A DNA stretch of 64,000 nt from Candidatus Micrarchaeia archaeon (lineage in GTDB: Archaea > Micrarchaeota > Micrarchaeia > Burarchaeales > Fermentimicrarchaeaceae). The stretch is from assembly GCA_038871515.1 (NCBI GenBank), contig JAVZHX010000001.1, positions 384,001-448,000 on the forward strand, in the 5' to 3' direction. This document shows positions 28,460 to 39,219 of this stretch, piece after piece (positions within the stretch are counted from its first letter, which is position 1; every line of letters begins with the position of its first letter). The position numbers and the translations under genes are program-made. The notes beneath the pieces are model-generated. The model saw nothing but the letters and a program-made list of their open reading frames with translations, ran no database searches and was not told the origin of the DNA.

Positions 28460-29344
28460 ATGAGGGAGAGGGTTATACAAGAGGTAGCGGAGGTGTTGCT
28501 GAACTGCAATTACCTCTCTGTTTTCTGCACAAGCATGCATAGCTGTTTTGATATACTTGCGAAAAGGGAGAGGGCTCTGCTTGTGAAAGTGCTTGAAAAT
28601 ATAGATGCATTCACAAGACAGCAGGCGGAGGATATGAGGAAGATTGCGGGTATGTTGGGTGGGGAGGAGTTTCTTGTTGGGGAGAGAAGTAATGAGTATA
28701 AGTTGGTGGATGGGGTGCTGTATGAAAGGCATAAGGTTCCTGCTGGAACTGTTGAGACATTCAGGGGAATTGTGGAGGGGGAGGAGTTGCCCAAAATGAG
28801 AAAGAGGAGGGAGTTGCTTGTTGATATCGATGGGGAGAAGATGGTGAGGAGGAGGGGGGAGATGAAGCTGAGTTTGGAGGAGCTTGCAAGAAAATCTGGG
28901 ATTTCCAAAGAAACCCTTTACAGGTATGAGCACGGAAAGATATATGCAAGCGAGGAGAATGCGAGGAGAATTGAGGAGATACTTGGAGTAGAGCTGAGGA
29001 GGTTTATCAACCCGTTTGAAAATAAACAGAAGTTTGTTGCTGAGGAAACACTGATAAGCATGCTTGGTTTTGAAAGTGTGAAAACAAAAACTGCTCCGTT
29101 TGATATTGTTGGAAAGGAGAGGAAGCTGCTTTTTGCTGGGGAGGAGAGAGATAGGAGGACGATGAGGAAAAGAGCAGAGGTTTATGCGGATGTGATGGAG
29201 ATTTTTGGCTCTGGCTCTTGCTTTATTTTGAATAAATACAAAAAAGATAGTATTGCGGGCATACCTGTTGTGAGGAGGGATGAGATAAGTGAAATTAAGA
29301 GGGCGAGGGAGCTGATGAAGCTTATTGAGGAGAGGGGCGGTTGA
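28460..29344 (+). CDS. Archaeal HTH transcriptional regulator (nuclease-like N-domain plus Cro/XRE HTH)
   Basis: SCFDILA...LLVKVLENID, GVLYERH, LSLEELARKSGISKETLYRYE, APFD. Confidence 0.85.
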   Translation: MRERVIQEVAEVLLNCNYLSVFCTSMHSCFDILAKRERALLVKVLENIDAFTRQQAEDMRKIAGMLGGEEFLVGERSNEYKLVDGVLYERHKVPAGTVETFRGIVEGEELPKMRKRRELLVDIDGEKMVRRRGEMKLSLEELARKSGISKETLYRYEHGKIYASEENARRIEEILGVELRRFINPFENKQKFVAEETLISMLGFESVKTKTAPFDIVGKERKLLFAGEERDRRTMRKRAEVYADVMEIFGSGSCFILNKYKKDSIAGIPVVRRDEISEIKRARELMKLIEERGG

Positions 29345-29421
29345 GTAAAGCTTTTAAATCTGTATGCATATATATACATTAAAAATGCTAGTTATGAAAA
29401 TCAAATTTGGAGGTGTTTAAC

Positions 29422-31080
29422 ATGGCAGAGGCACAACTTGGTGGACAGCCCGTGCTCATCCTTCCAGAGGGAGCAACAAGGTTGTTGGGGAGGGATGCGC
29501 AGAGGACGAATATAGCTGTTGCGTATGCGATTGGAAATGCAGTTAGAACAACCCTCGGTCCAAGGGGGATGGATAAGATGCTTGTAAGTGAGCTCGGTGA
29601 CATAGTGATAACAAACGATGGAGCGACGATTCTTGAGGAGATGAATGTTGAGCATCCTGCAGCGAAAATAATGGTTGAGATAGCGAAAACACAGGATAAG
29701 GAAGTTGGGGATGGAACGACAACTGCTGTGATGCTTGGTGGGGAGCTTTTGAAGAGAGCGGGCGATTTGCTGGATCAGGAGATACACCCGAGCACAATTA
29801 TAAGAGGGTATAAGAATGCTGCTGGCTTCTGTGAGAAAATGTTGAATGAGATAAGTTATAAGGTGACGCTTGATGATGTGGATACGCTTGAGAAGATTGC
29901 GTCTGTTTCTATGGGCTCAAAAACAGTTGGGTTCGGCAAGGTGAAGGATAAGCTGGCGAAGCTTGTTGTGAGCGCAGTGAGGCAGGTTGCAGAGAGGAGG
30001 GATGGGAAGATAATTGTGGATGATGATTTTATAAAGGTGGAGAAGAAGGAAGGGGGGGAGATGGATGACACCCAGCTGATAAATGGGGTGCTTGTTGACA
30101 AGGAGATAGTTCACCCAGGGATGCCCAAGAAGGTTGAGAATGCGAAAATTGCATTAATTGACTCTGCTTTGGAGATTGAGAAGACGGAGACGGATGCGAA
30201 AATTGAGATTACATCGCCAGAGCAGATGGAGGCGTTCCTGAAGCAGGAGGAGAAGATGCTGAAGGAGATGGTTGAGAAGATAGCTGCAAGCGGTGCGAAT
30301 GTTGTTTTCTGCCAGAAGGGAATTGATGATGTAGCTCAGCACTTCCTTGCGAAGAAGGGAATTGTTGCGGTGAGAAGGGTGAAGAAGAGCGATATGGAGA
30401 AGCTTGCGAGGGCAACTGGAGGAAAGGTGGTTACAAGCTTGGATGATTTGAGCGAGAAGGATTTGGGAGTTGCTGGTTTGGTTGAGGAGAGAAAGATTGC
30501 GGGGGAGCAGATGGTTTTTGTTGAGAAGTGCAAGGATCCGAAGAGCGTGACAATATTTGTAAGGGCAAGCACTGAGCACGTGGTGAATGAGGGGGAGAGA
30601 GCGATTGTTGATGGAATTGGAGCGGTGAGCAGCGCAATTGAGGAAGGGGAGTATGTTGCGGGTGGAGGGAGTGTTGAGATGCAGCTGGCGATGGAGCTGA
30701 GGAAGTATGCGACAGAGGTTGGTGGAAGGGAGCAGCTTGCAATACAGGCGTTTGCAGATACGTTGGAGATTGTTCCAAGGACGCTTGCGGAGAGCGCAGG
30801 GATGGATCCGATTGACACATTGGTTGAGCTGAGAACGAGGCACAAGAAAGCGGATGGAAAGGATGTTGGGGTAGATGTATACAACGGCAAGATTGCGGAT
30901 ATGAGGAAGCTTGGCGTGATTGAGCCAACAAAAGTTAAAAAACAAGCAATTGCAAGCGCAACGGAAGCAGCTGCGATGTTGTTGAGAATAGATGATATGA
31001 TAAGCGCAAAGCCAAAGACACCTTCAGGAGGTCCGAAGGGGCCGGGAGGGATGGGGGAGGAGGGAGGGGAGTATGAGTGA
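29422..31080 (+). CDS. ths: Thermosome (group II chaperonin) subunit
   Basis: [30 protein letters not shown]. Confidence 0.97.
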   Translation: MAEAQLGGQPVLILPEGATRLLGRDAQRTNIAVAYAIGNAVRTTLGPRGMDKMLVSELGDIVITNDGATILEEMNVEHPAAKIMVEIAKTQDKEVGDGTTTAVMLGGELLKRAGDLLDQEIHPSTIIRGYKNAAGFCEKMLNEISYKVTLDDVDTLEKIASVSMGSKTVGFGKVKDKLAKLVVSAVRQVAERRDGKIIVDDDFIKVEKKEGGEMDDTQLINGVLVDKEIVHPGMPKKVENAKIALIDSALEIEKTETDAKIEITSPEQMEAFLKQEEKMLKEMVEKIAASGANVVFCQKGIDDVAQHFLAKKGIVAVRRVKKSDMEKLARATGGKVVTSLDDLSEKDLGVAGLVEERKIAGEQMVFVEKCKDPKSVTIFVRASTEHVVNEGERAIVDGIGAVSSAIEEGEYVAGGGSVEMQLAMELRKYATEVGGREQLAIQAFADTLEIVPRTLAESAGMDPIDTLVELRTRHKKADGKDVGVDVYNGKIADMRKLGVIEPTKVKKQAIASATEAAAMLLRIDDMISAKPKTPSGGPKGPGGMGEEGGEYE

Positions 31081-31087
31081 ACTCCCT

Positions 31088-31372
31088 TCACTCAAATTTA
31101 ATCCCTTTTGTGCCAATTGATTCCCCCATAAGCTCAAAAAATTTTTTTGTTTCTTCGTTTTTTGTTTTTTCCTTTGCTTTGTCAAGCACTGTGTGGACTG
31201 CACACTCAAGTTTTATCCCGTTGTCGTGCAGTTTGTTTCTCAAAAATTCCACTCCAAGTTTCACCTGCTCATCCATTGGAAGGTGCTTCCATTGCTCTCT
31301 TTGCAGTTCAAGTTTTTCAATTATTTCATAGACAATTCTTTTCGTTTCTTTTCTATTTTCTACTTTCTGCAT
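31088..31372 (-). CDS. Hypothetical protein
   Basis: 94-aa ORF filling the gap downstream of the IMPase gene. Confidence 0.55.
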   Translation of the reverse strand: MQKVENRKETKRIVYEIIEKLELQREQWKHLPMDEQVKLGVEFLRNKLHDNGIKLECAVHTVLDKAKEKTKNEETKKFFELMGESIGTKGIKFE

Positions 31373-31376
31373 TTTT

Positions 31377-32126
31377 TCACCTCACGTGTTTTAGAAGCTG
31401 TTCTGCGAGGGGTTTGTTTGAAGCAACAATTGTTCTTTCGTAAATGCTCCATGGCTTTCCTTTGAAGTTCAAAACTTCCCCTCCAGCTTCTTTTATTATA
31501 ATATACGCGGCTGCTGCATCCCACGGAAGAATGTCGTTATGAATATATGCCTGAACTCTGTCAAGCGCAACGTAGCACAAACCCAAGCTGGCTGAGCCGA
31601 GAATACGAACAGCGCGTGTTGCTGGTATGAGTTTTTTCACTCTTCTTGCAATCAACTTGCTCCTTTTATGCCCTAAGTCGGTTGCAACGATGCAGTTTAT
31701 CAATTCTTTTTCACTGCCAACTTTCACTCTCCTTCCATTCAAGTACGCCCCTTTTCCTTTTTCAGCATAGATAAACTCGTTGTGAAATGGGTCGTGAACA
31801 ACTCCTAAAATTGGCTGTTTTTTATAAGCAAGCGCAAGAGAAACTGAGAAGAAAGGTAAGCCTGCTGCGTAGTTCACTGTTCCATCAACTGGGTCAATAA
31901 TCCAGAGGTAGTCTGAATCTGAGTTGTGCTTGCCTGTCTCCTCAGCAAGTATTCCGTGTTTTGGGAAGTTTCTTTTTATTTCTCTTATCACAAGTTTCTC
32001 CGCTTCAGTGTCTGCGATGGTTAGTATATCCTGCTTTGATTTGAAAGTTGTTTTCATTTTTCTCCTGAAGTGCTTCATTATAACTCCTCCTGCTTTCTCT
32101 GCTGTTGTCAAAGCAAATTCTATCAT
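31377..32126 (-). CDS. suhB: Inositol monophosphatase / FBPase-IMPase family
   Basis: LAEE, WIIDPVDGTVNY, RILGSA, PWDAAA; start trimmed because the track ORF runs through the tRNA. Confidence 0.9.
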   Translation of the reverse strand: MIEFALTTAEKAGGVIMKHFRRKMKTTFKSKQDILTIADTEAEKLVIREIKRNFPKHGILAEETGKHNSDSDYLWIIDPVDGTVNYAAGLPFFSVSLALAYKKQPILGVVHDPFHNEFIYAEKGKGAYLNGRRVKVGSEKELINCIVATDLGHKRSKLIARRVKKLIPATRAVRILGSASLGLCYVALDRVQAYIHNDILPWDAAAAYIIIKEAGGEVLNFKGKPWSIYERTIVASNKPLAEQLLKHVR

Positions 32127-32137
32127 TCTTTCACCAG

Positions 32138-32225
32138 CGGGCCCGGAGGGATTCGAACCCTCAAACCAACTGGTCCGAAGCCTTGCGAGTTGCCTAGTCG
32201 CGCTATCCAGTTGCGCCACGGGCCC
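32138..32225 (-). tRNA. tRNA-Arg(UCG) with a 13-nt non-canonical intron at 29/30 (32183-32195)
   Basis: Acceptor GGGCCCG/CGGGCCC; D stem GCGC/GCGC. Removing AGGCAACTCGCAA restores ACTGG-CT TCG GA-CCAGT. T arm GAGGG TTCGAAT CCCTC. Confidence 0.9.
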
Positions 32226-32249
32226 CATAAATTTAGGGAAGTAGGTTAA

Positions 32250-32960
32250 TTAACTCTTTTTCCTTCCAACCAAGTTTATGTAAATTGCTGATTCTTCTTT
32301 TCCATTAATTTCAAGCAAGGAGTTGATTTGTTCCTCTGAGAAAGCGCCTATTGGGACAGAAGCAAGGTTGAGGGAAGTTGCTTCAAGCAGCAAGTTTTGG
32401 CTGATGTGCCCTGCTTCAATGTAAATATATCTTTCTCCTCTTTCACCATATTTTGCTTTTGTTCTTTCAAAAACAGCGGTGAAGATGAAAACTATTGCGG
32501 CATCCCTTACTGGTTGTTGGTTGGAAGCAGCGTAAAGCTTCTTGCTGAAATCCCCTTCTTTTAGAAGCTCAAGTGAGTGCTCTCTTACGTTGTAGTGGTA
32601 TATTCCCTTGCTCAAATTTTCAACTCTGTTGACAGCTAGGTATATCTCTATTGGGTAGAGGGCGCCTGCGCTTGGCGCTGTTCTAAATCCTTTTTCTTTG
32701 TCTGTAATTCCTTGTGCTGAAAAGAGCAGTTGGGAGAGCTCACTGAGAGTTATCTCATCGCTTCCAAATTCCCGTATTGTCCTTCTTTCAGCAAGCGCTT
32801 TTTCAAGTGTCATCCCTTGGTAGTTTGGTGGGGGGAGAGGGAACTTCTGAGCTGAGGGGTAGGTTTTGTATTGCTGTTGAGCCGGCATATTCAGCGAGGT
32901 ATGAAGGAGCAGCGCTAGAATAAGCAGGAAGAGGAGGGTTATTGCAAGTATTTTTTCCAT
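32250..32960 (-). CDS. SagB/ThcOx-type nitroreductase-fold protein with N-terminal signal/TM
   Basis: RRTIREF, RTAPSAGALYPIE, KYGERG.RY..EAGH..QN. Confidence 0.88.
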   Translation of the reverse strand: MEKILAITLLFLLILALLLHTSLNMPAQQQYKTYPSAQKFPLPPPNYQGMTLEKALAERRTIREFGSDEITLSELSQLLFSAQGITDKEKGFRTAPSAGALYPIEIYLAVNRVENLSKGIYHYNVREHSLELLKEGDFSKKLYAASNQQPVRDAAIVFIFTAVFERTKAKYGERGERYIYIEAGHISQNLLLEATSLNLASVPIGAFSEEQINSLLEINGKEESAIYINLVGRKKS

Positions 32961-32983
32961 AAGAATATGTTGTTTATTATTAA

Positions 32984-33868
32984 TTATTTAGTGAGAACCC
33001 GCGCTGCATCTTTTTCAACAACCACTGTTAATTCTGCTTGGGAAACAATCCCCTTTCCGGCGTCTTTTAAAACAGGGTATTGTTTCAACGCGCCAGAGAA
33101 AACAAGCTCCCTCAAAGCTGCGTGTAAAAGCAGTTTGGAGTGAAAATCCTTGTAGAGCCATCTTTCAGCAAACGGAAGTGTTTTGAAGTTTTCTTCAACG
33201 TAGTTGAGCAACCTTCTTGATTCCCTCATTCTCACTGGGAGTGGTTCGAGTAATGAGAAAATTTCAACTTGTGGTGCTTCTGAAACCCTTCCCTCTCCGT
33301 TGGTTGCAAATGGCTCTATCGCAAGCACCATTCCCTCCTGAAGTTGATTTGGGTCTTTGTTTGCAATGTTTGGTATTTCTACTCCTGCGTGCAGGTTGTA
33401 TTCGCCAAGCGCATGCCCAGTTAGGTTTTCTATTGGTTTGAAGCCAAACCCCTTTATCGCAACCTCAACCTCTGCTCCAATGTCGCCAAGCTTCGCGCCA
33501 GCGTGAATTGAGCAGATTGCTGCATCAAGCGCTTTTTCGGCTGCTTCAACAAGCTTGCCGTTTTCATTTGATAAGTCAACAGTAAGCGCATTATCACCGA
33601 TAAAACCATCTATATGAACTCCTATGTCAAGCTTGACAATGTCTTTCTCGCCAATTGTTGAAGTTGAATCCTTCTCTGGTGTGAAGTGGGCTGCAATTTC
33701 GTTTATTGAGATGTTGGGTGGAAAAGCTGGCTTTGCTCCCTTCTCCGCAATTTTTCTTTCAGCAGTTTCTGCTATTTCAAGCAGTTTTGCACCTGGTTTG
33801 ATGAGCTGCTTGCACTCCTGTAGAACTTCAAAAGCAATCCTTCCTGCTTTCTCGTATTTTTCAATCAT
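32984..33868 (-). CDS. map: Methionine aminopeptidase type II
   Basis: AAHFTP, DIGVHIDGFIGD, NLTGH, AIEPFAT. Confidence 0.95.
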   Translation of the reverse strand: MIEKYEKAGRIAFEVLQECKQLIKPGAKLLEIAETAERKIAEKGAKPAFPPNISINEIAAHFTPEKDSTSTIGEKDIVKLDIGVHIDGFIGDNALTVDLSNENGKLVEAAEKALDAAICSIHAGAKLGDIGAEVEVAIKGFGFKPIENLTGHALGEYNLHAGVEIPNIANKDPNQLQEGMVLAIEPFATNGEGRVSEAPQVEIFSLLEPLPVRMRESRRLLNYVEENFKTLPFAERWLYKDFHSKLLLHAALRELVFSGALKQYPVLKDAGKGIVSQAELTVVVEKDAARVLTK

Positions 33869-34509
33869 TTTCTCAACTCCTGAAGGATGGGGATGAGCTC
33901 CTTTATAGCAGTTATATTGTAGTCCGCGTTGTTTTTCTTTTTTGAGAGAAGGACAGTGGTTATACCAGCTTCTTTTGCTGGTTCAATGTCTTTCTCAACG
34001 CTATCCCCAACCATCACAACATCATGTGGTTGCATTCTCAGTTTTTTCAAAATAGAAGAGTAGAATTTTTTTGTTTTTTTCGGAGTGACAAAAACATAAT
34101 GGAATAGGTTATGGAGTCCTAGGCGTATTAGCTTGTCCCATTGCTTTATCGCCCTTCCCTCAGAAGCAACGCAGATTGTGTAGCCCTGCTCGCGGAGTTG
34201 AATAACTGTTTTCGGCACGTCTGGGAAAGGGAAGATGCTGGCTTTTGTTTGGTGGTATGCGACAACTCCTGCTGCAATTATTTTTGGTTCTGATTTCTTT
34301 CCAAGCTCGCGCAGCAGAGCGTTGAAGTGTTTTGGGTAATTCGGTCCGTATTTGTTTATTATTTTCAGAAGTTTTCTGTAAGCAGCTTCCTCATCAACAT
34401 CCAAGCCAGCGGCGATCATTGCGTTTAATGCATTCTTTCTAGCAAGCTCAGCAAATTCAGAGGAGGGAAAAAGTGTGTTGTCAATGTCAAATAATATTGC
34501 TTTAACCAT
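33865..34509 (-). CDS. HAD superfamily hydrolase
   Basis: LFDIDNTL, KQWDKL.RLG, VGDSVEKDI. Confidence 0.88.
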   Translation of the reverse strand: MVKAILFDIDNTLFPSSEFAELARKNALNAMIAAGLDVDEEAAYRKLLKIINKYGPNYPKHFNALLRELGKKSEPKIIAAGVVAYHQTKASIFPFPDVPKTVIQLREQGYTICVASEGRAIKQWDKLIRLGLHNLFHYVFVTPKKTKKFYSSILKKLRMQPHDVVMVGDSVEKDIEPAKEAGITTVLLSKKKNNADYNITAIKELIPILQELRK

Positions 34510-36886
34510 GCCAGTCACCCAGAACGGATTGCTTTCCTCCAAATACCAAATCCTCCTTCTTAACTCCAAGCTCTCGGAGAATTTTTAGAACGGCTGGTAT
34601 AACCTGATGTTCAATATAGTAAACTGCATCATAGTCTTTTGCAAGCTCTGCTGGAACTGCTTTTTCAGAGATGCTTGCTCCTTTCTTTGTGATTACGTAG
34701 CCAACAAGCGAGCCCTCCTCAACATGTATTCCTGCGCTGAGCGCTTTCTTCGCAGCCTCAAGCTCAGGGGAGGTAACCTCATATTTTCCGATGCTTTTCT
34801 TTAATTGAGTGTATATAACAAGCTCGTCAAGCGGTGTTCTTCCTTCCCTCAGCTCATTTATTTTATCCCTCACTATTTTCAGGGCTTTCTCCTTGCTTCC
34901 TTCCTTGAGAATTGCCTCAAGCACCTGCTGCTGAACTTTTTTTGCAACTCCCGCCCAGTCCCTTCTCACAAGCTCAAAGCCACGTATTTTTATCCTTCCA
35001 TCCTCTCCAATTAATGCGTATTTCTTCTTCGCTCCTTTTGCCTCTGATTTCTTGCTAACGAAAACCCCGCGGGAATAGAACCCTTCAAGCTCAAGCTCCA
35101 TTTTCTCAGGAAGCTCATTGTTTATTTTTTTCACAAATTCAAGCGCATCCTTCTTTGTTTTCTCTCCAAGCAACAGCATTAAAGAATCTGTATCGCCGTA
35201 TAGAACTTTGAAGCCAGCTTCCTCTGCTTTTCTCATTGTTTCCTGTATATAGTGCCTTCCCCAAGCAGTTGTGCTCTCGCCGGCTTCTTTGGAATACCAG
35301 CGGGAGCGTGGGTAGAGCAGATAGCCATAGAAGGAGTTTGCAGTTATTTTCAGTGCCTGTTGCTGTGCGTCAAGCTGGATGTATTCCTCTGTCCCTGGCT
35401 TCATGGACTTCATCTTTTTCTTAATCTCTGCTCTTTTTTGCAGAAGCTCCTCAAGCACTTTTGGGATGAGCCCCTTCTTCTTTTTGCAGAAGCGGTGCCC
35501 AACTGGTGAAAGATAGGAGTCCTTTCCACAGCAGGAGCAGTTCAGAGTGAATGGGTCAACGTTGTGCGAGATGATTATAGATGGATATAGGGAGCGGAAG
35601 TCAAAAACAGCCAAATTTTCATAGATGCCTGGCTCAGGCATTTTCACAAACGCTCCAACTGCTGGCGAGGCAGCCCTTGCAGCAATCTCCTCCTCCTTTG
35701 GCTGGTTTGGCACAATGATGTTCTCCCAGTGGGCCCTGTTGATGAGGAGCTGCTCAACAATTGTTCCTGTTGATGAGCCGCAGATGTCAAAGAGGGGAAC
35801 TTTGGATAGTTTGGAAATTTCAAACTCCATTGGGAGGAGCTGTTCCGCAAGCTCCTTAACTGCAACAGCATCATTTAATGAATACTCGGCAAGCTCCCCA
35901 CATTTTTTTTCATCATCCCAGTACTTCCAGATTTCAATTTTTGGGATTGATTTTTTGGTTTTTCCAGTAAGCTCGGAGTAAACTTCTGAGAGTGTGAATT
36001 GGAATGTTTTTAATGCTCCGATGGTTGCGAGGAAGCGGATAATGTGAAATAAATCTATGTGAACTCTTCCTGTTATTTTTGCTTTTGTTATTAACCCTCT
36101 TCTGTGCAACCTGAAGCTTGAGCCATCCCTCCCAAGCGAGAGTTGTGTTTTCAAAACAGCTGCCCTCTCCTTCAAGTATGGTAAATCAAACTGGCTGGAG
36201 TTGTAGCCGATGAGAATTTCGGTGTTTGTTTCCTTTACCAGCTGGCAGAATTTCTCAATCATTTCCTTCTCATCCTTGCAGTGAGTGATGAATGGTTTGT
36301 TTATTCTTTTTGTTGTAAAGACACCTGAGGAGGAGTTGGCGTAGCTTATCATCAGTATTGGGTCCTTGGTGGGGCGAGGGGCTCCTTGTGGGTTGTAGGT
36401 TTCGATGTCAAATGCAAGTGTGTTGAATTTCAAGGGAGTTTCCTGTGTTTTTGTTATTCTTTTTAACTCCTTTCCTTCTCTCTCAAATTTTATTGTTGTT
36501 AGTGGGGTGAGCCCTTTGTCTATTATGTATCTTCTTGTGAATGGGATGTTGTGCTCGTAGGTTGTGCCGAGTTTTTTAACTTCCTCGCGTATAACTGGCA
36601 CGTGTCTTGGGTGGTTGCAGATTATCTTGAGCAGCTCCTTTTCCTTCCCAAGAAGAATTTTTCTAACTTTTTCAACTCTTTTTGGCTTGATTGTTTCGTT
36701 TTTTTCCTCAACTACGAGCTGTTCAATAGTTTTTTTTGTTGAGTCAATTTCATCAGCATCCAAATAGAAATACGGCTCAAAGTTGCTGTCGTATATCCTG
36801 AAAAATCTTTTTCCTTTGAAAACTAGTGAGATAACCGGTTTGTTGCCCTTTGTCTTGTAGGTTACGTCAATGAGGATGCCTCTCAT
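34502..36886 (-). CDS. polB: Family B DNA polymerase
   Basis: FDIET, YNSSQFD, DFRSLYPS, KITANSFYGY, YGDTDS, KKKYA; no intein. Confidence 0.97.
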   Translation of the reverse strand: MRGILIDVTYKTKGNKPVISLVFKGKRFFRIYDSNFEPYFYLDADEIDSTKKTIEQLVVEEKNETIKPKRVEKVRKILLGKEKELLKIICNHPRHVPVIREEVKKLGTTYEHNIPFTRRYIIDKGLTPLTTIKFEREGKELKRITKTQETPLKFNTLAFDIETYNPQGAPRPTKDPILMISYANSSSGVFTTKRINKPFITHCKDEKEMIEKFCQLVKETNTEILIGYNSSQFDLPYLKERAAVLKTQLSLGRDGSSFRLHRRGLITKAKITGRVHIDLFHIIRFLATIGALKTFQFTLSEVYSELTGKTKKSIPKIEIWKYWDDEKKCGELAEYSLNDAVAVKELAEQLLPMEFEISKLSKVPLFDICGSSTGTIVEQLLINRAHWENIIVPNQPKEEEIAARAASPAVGAFVKMPEPGIYENLAVFDFRSLYPSIIISHNVDPFTLNCSCCGKDSYLSPVGHRFCKKKKGLIPKVLEELLQKRAEIKKKMKSMKPGTEEYIQLDAQQQALKITANSFYGYLLYPRSRWYSKEAGESTTAWGRHYIQETMRKAEEAGFKVLYGDTDSLMLLLGEKTKKDALEFVKKINNELPEKMELELEGFYSRGVFVSKKSEAKGAKKKYALIGEDGRIKIRGFELVRRDWAGVAKKVQQQVLEAILKEGSKEKALKIVRDKINELREGRTPLDELVIYTQLKKSIGKYEVTSPELEAAKKALSAGIHVEEGSLVGYVITKKGASISEKAVPAELAKDYDAVYYIEHQVIPAVLKILRELGVKKEDLVFGGKQSVLGDWHG

Positions 36887-36924
36887 GTTATTGATTTTTT
36901 AATCTAACCAATTAAAAACGTATC

Positions 36925-37575
36925 ATGAGGGGAAGGTTGAATGCTGCAAGGAAAGCGCTGGAGTATGTGAAAGAGGGGATGGTTGTTGGTTTGGGGACGG
37001 GCAGAACTGCGGAGTTATTTGTAAAGTTGTTGGGGAGGAGTGGGAGGAAAGTTATAGGGGTTCCGACTTCAAAAAGAAGCGAGAGGGTTGCTAGAAAGGT
37101 TGGGTTGGTTGTGAAGGAGTTGAACGAAGTGGAAAGGATTGATTTGGCGGTTGATGGGGCGGATCAGGTTGATAAAAAATTGAATTTGATTAAAGGGTAT
37201 GGTGGCGCTCTGTTCAGGGAGAAGGTTGTTGATTATGCGGCAAAAAAGTTTTTGGTTGCTGTTGATGAGAGCAAGTTGAGGGAGGAGCTGGGGGGGTGGG
37301 TGCCGTTGGAGGTTGCTCCTTTTGCAGTTGAGCAGGTGAGAAGGGAGTTGAGAAGAAGGGGAGTTGAGTCAAGGGTGAGGAGGAAGGGGAGGAGAGTGTT
37401 TGTGACTGATAATGGTAATTTGATTGTTGATGCTTATTTTGAAAAAGTGAAAAAACCGGAGAAGGTGCATGAGATGTTGAAGGGAATCCCTGGGGTGATT
37501 GAAACTGGTTTGTTTTTTGGAAAGAAGTGGAAGGTGGTTGTGGGAAGTGAGAGGGGGGCGAGAGTTTTAGGGTGA
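36925..37575 (+). CDS. rpiA: Ribose-5-phosphate isomerase A
   Basis: GLGTGRT, DGADQV, IKGYGGALFREK, TDNGN. Confidence 0.95.
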   Translation: MRGRLNAARKALEYVKEGMVVGLGTGRTAELFVKLLGRSGRKVIGVPTSKRSERVARKVGLVVKELNEVERIDLAVDGADQVDKKLNLIKGYGGALFREKVVDYAAKKFLVAVDESKLREELGGWVPLEVAPFAVEQVRRELRRRGVESRVRRKGRRVFVTDNGNLIVDAYFEKVKKPEKVHEMLKGIPGVIETGLFFGKKWKVVVGSERGARVLG

Positions 37576-37579
37576 GGTT

Positions 37580-38080
37580 ATGAGAAAACTTCCTGAGAGT
37601 TTAAGAGGTGAGTTGAGAAGGCCGTTTGGGAGAGTTGTGAACACTGAACAGCTTATCTCTGAGTTGAAAGGAAAAGATGTGTTTCTTGTTTCTGTTGGTG
37701 ATGAGTGCTCGTATGAGTTGATAAAAAATAATGTGAAGCCGGATGTTGTGATTTATGATTTGAAAATAAAGAGGAGGGATGTGATTGGTAAAGTAAGGGA
37801 GGTGTTGGATGAGTTTGATGAAAAGCCAACAATAGTTCACAATCCCCCTGGTGTGATAATGGATGAGTTGATTGAAACTGTGAAGGAGATGGTTGAAAGA
37901 AGGAGTGGTAAGATGCTTGTGAAAGGGGAGGAGGATTTGGCTGCGCTTGTTGTGATGATGTATGCTCCAAATGGCGCGGTGGTTGTTTATGGACAGCCAG
38001 ATGAGGGGGCGGTTCTTGTTGAGATGAATGATGAGGTAAGGGAGAGAGCGGTAAGGGCGTATGAAAGTATGGAGGAGTGA
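37580..38080 (+). CDS. GTP-dependent dephospho-CoA kinase (DUF359)
   Basis: SVGD, NPPG, GEEDL, YGQPDEG. Confidence 0.88.
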   Translation: MRKLPESLRGELRRPFGRVVNTEQLISELKGKDVFLVSVGDECSYELIKNNVKPDVVIYDLKIKRRDVIGKVREVLDEFDEKPTIVHNPPGVIMDELIETVKEMVERRSGKMLVKGEEDLAALVVMMYAPNGAVVVYGQPDEGAVLVEMNDEVRERAVRAYESMEE

Positions 38081-39219
38081 GTATGGAGGAGCTGAGGGTT
38101 ATTAATTTCCTAGATGCGTTCATCGCAAATGCTCTGTCTGTGCTGATTCCACTTATTCTTATTGCGAGAGGAGTTGATGTTGTTGGGGTTGGTTTTGTTG
38201 TTTCTATTTCTCCGGTTGTTTTTGTTGTTTCAAGAAGTGTTTTTGCTGCTTTGTCAGATCAGAGGGGAGTGAAGGAGTTTTTTGTTCTGAATGGGTTTAT
38301 GAATGTGGTTGCGGTTGCTGTTTATATGGTTGCGAATACGCCGCTGATGTTTTCTGTTGGAAAGATGTTTGAGGGGGTGAGGAATGGGGCGATATGGGCG
38401 GTGAATAGAACTGCGGTGATTTATAAGAAAGGGAAGGAGAGAGCTGCTGAGGAGATGTCAAAAATTCAAGCAATCAGGACGGCTTCTGCTGCGTTTGGAA
38501 TTGTGGTGGTTGGTTTATTGTTGCAGAGTTATTCGTTTGATGTGGCGCTGCTCTTCTTCATTGTACTGAGTTTTGTGCTTCTTGGGGTGAGTTTCTTAAC
38601 TCAGGGAAGGAGGAAGTCAAAAATTAAGTTTAAGAGGTTGTTTGAGCAGCTTGATTTCAGAAGCAAAAGTGAAGTTTTGAAGAGGACGAGCCTTGTGCTG
38701 GTTTTTCAGTCGGTTGCAACAAACACGTTGCTTTCCTTGGTTTTTCCTCTTTTTTTGAAGGAGATGGAGTGTGATTATTGGTTGATTGGTTTTGTGATTG
38801 CGGTGTATTACTTGGTGAGCGCTGTTGTTGCATTCCTGCTTTCAAAAAAGAATGTGATATCTCTTTTTGTTTATTTGTGGTTGGGTGCTTTCCTTTTCTT
38901 TTTCGGGGCGGTTGTTACTCCGTTTCTGTGGGGAGCGTGGGCGATTCCTTTTATTCTGTTGATGGGGGTTGGGGATGGAATGAGTATGCCTGTTTGGGAG
39001 GTGTTGGTTTTCAATTCATTAAGAAGCAAGAATGATGTTTCAAGTGATATCGCGCTTGTCCACACACCGCCAAATCTTTTGAATTCGGTTGGTGTTATCG
39101 TTGCTGGTTTGTTGATTAAGGTGTTTGGTTATTGGGTTGTTTTTGTGTTGTGTGGTGTTTTGTTTGTTCTATTTGCTTACTTTTCATCAAAAATCTTGAA
39201 GGGTTGTTGGGAGGTTTAA
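38077..39219 (+). CDS. MFS transporter
   Basis: About 12 TMs; ALSDQRG motif. Confidence 0.85.
   Translation: MSMEELRVINFLDAFIANALSVLIPLILIARGVDVVGVGFVVSISPVVFVVSRSVFAALSDQRGVKEFFVLNGFMNVVAVAVYMVANTPLMFSVGKMFEGVRNGAIWAVNRTAVIYKKGKERAAEEMSKIQAIRTASAAFGIVVVGLLLQSYSFDVALLFFIVLSFVLLGVSFLTQGRRKSKIKFKRLFEQLDFRSKSEVLKRTSLVLVFQSVATNTLLSLVFPLFLKEMECDYWLIGFVIAVYYLVSAVVAFLLSKKNVISLFVYLWLGAFLFFFGAVVTPFLWGAWAIPFILLMGVGDGMSMPVWEVLVFNSLRSKNDVSSDIALVHTPPNLLNSVGVIVAGLLIKVFGYWVVFVLCGVLFVLFAYFSSKILKGCWEV

Noticed and set aside
28406..28933. 405-aa version of the HAD hydrolase
   Set aside because: The extension is antisense to the HTH regulator; HAD motif I begins at 28405
30154..31091. Long antisense ORFs over the thermosome (similar shadows over gdh, tkt, pyrK and nrdJ)
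   Set aside because: These are shadows of biased codon usage with no motifs
32127..32228. N-terminal extension of the IMPase
   Set aside because: It is the tRNA-Arg sequence read as protein
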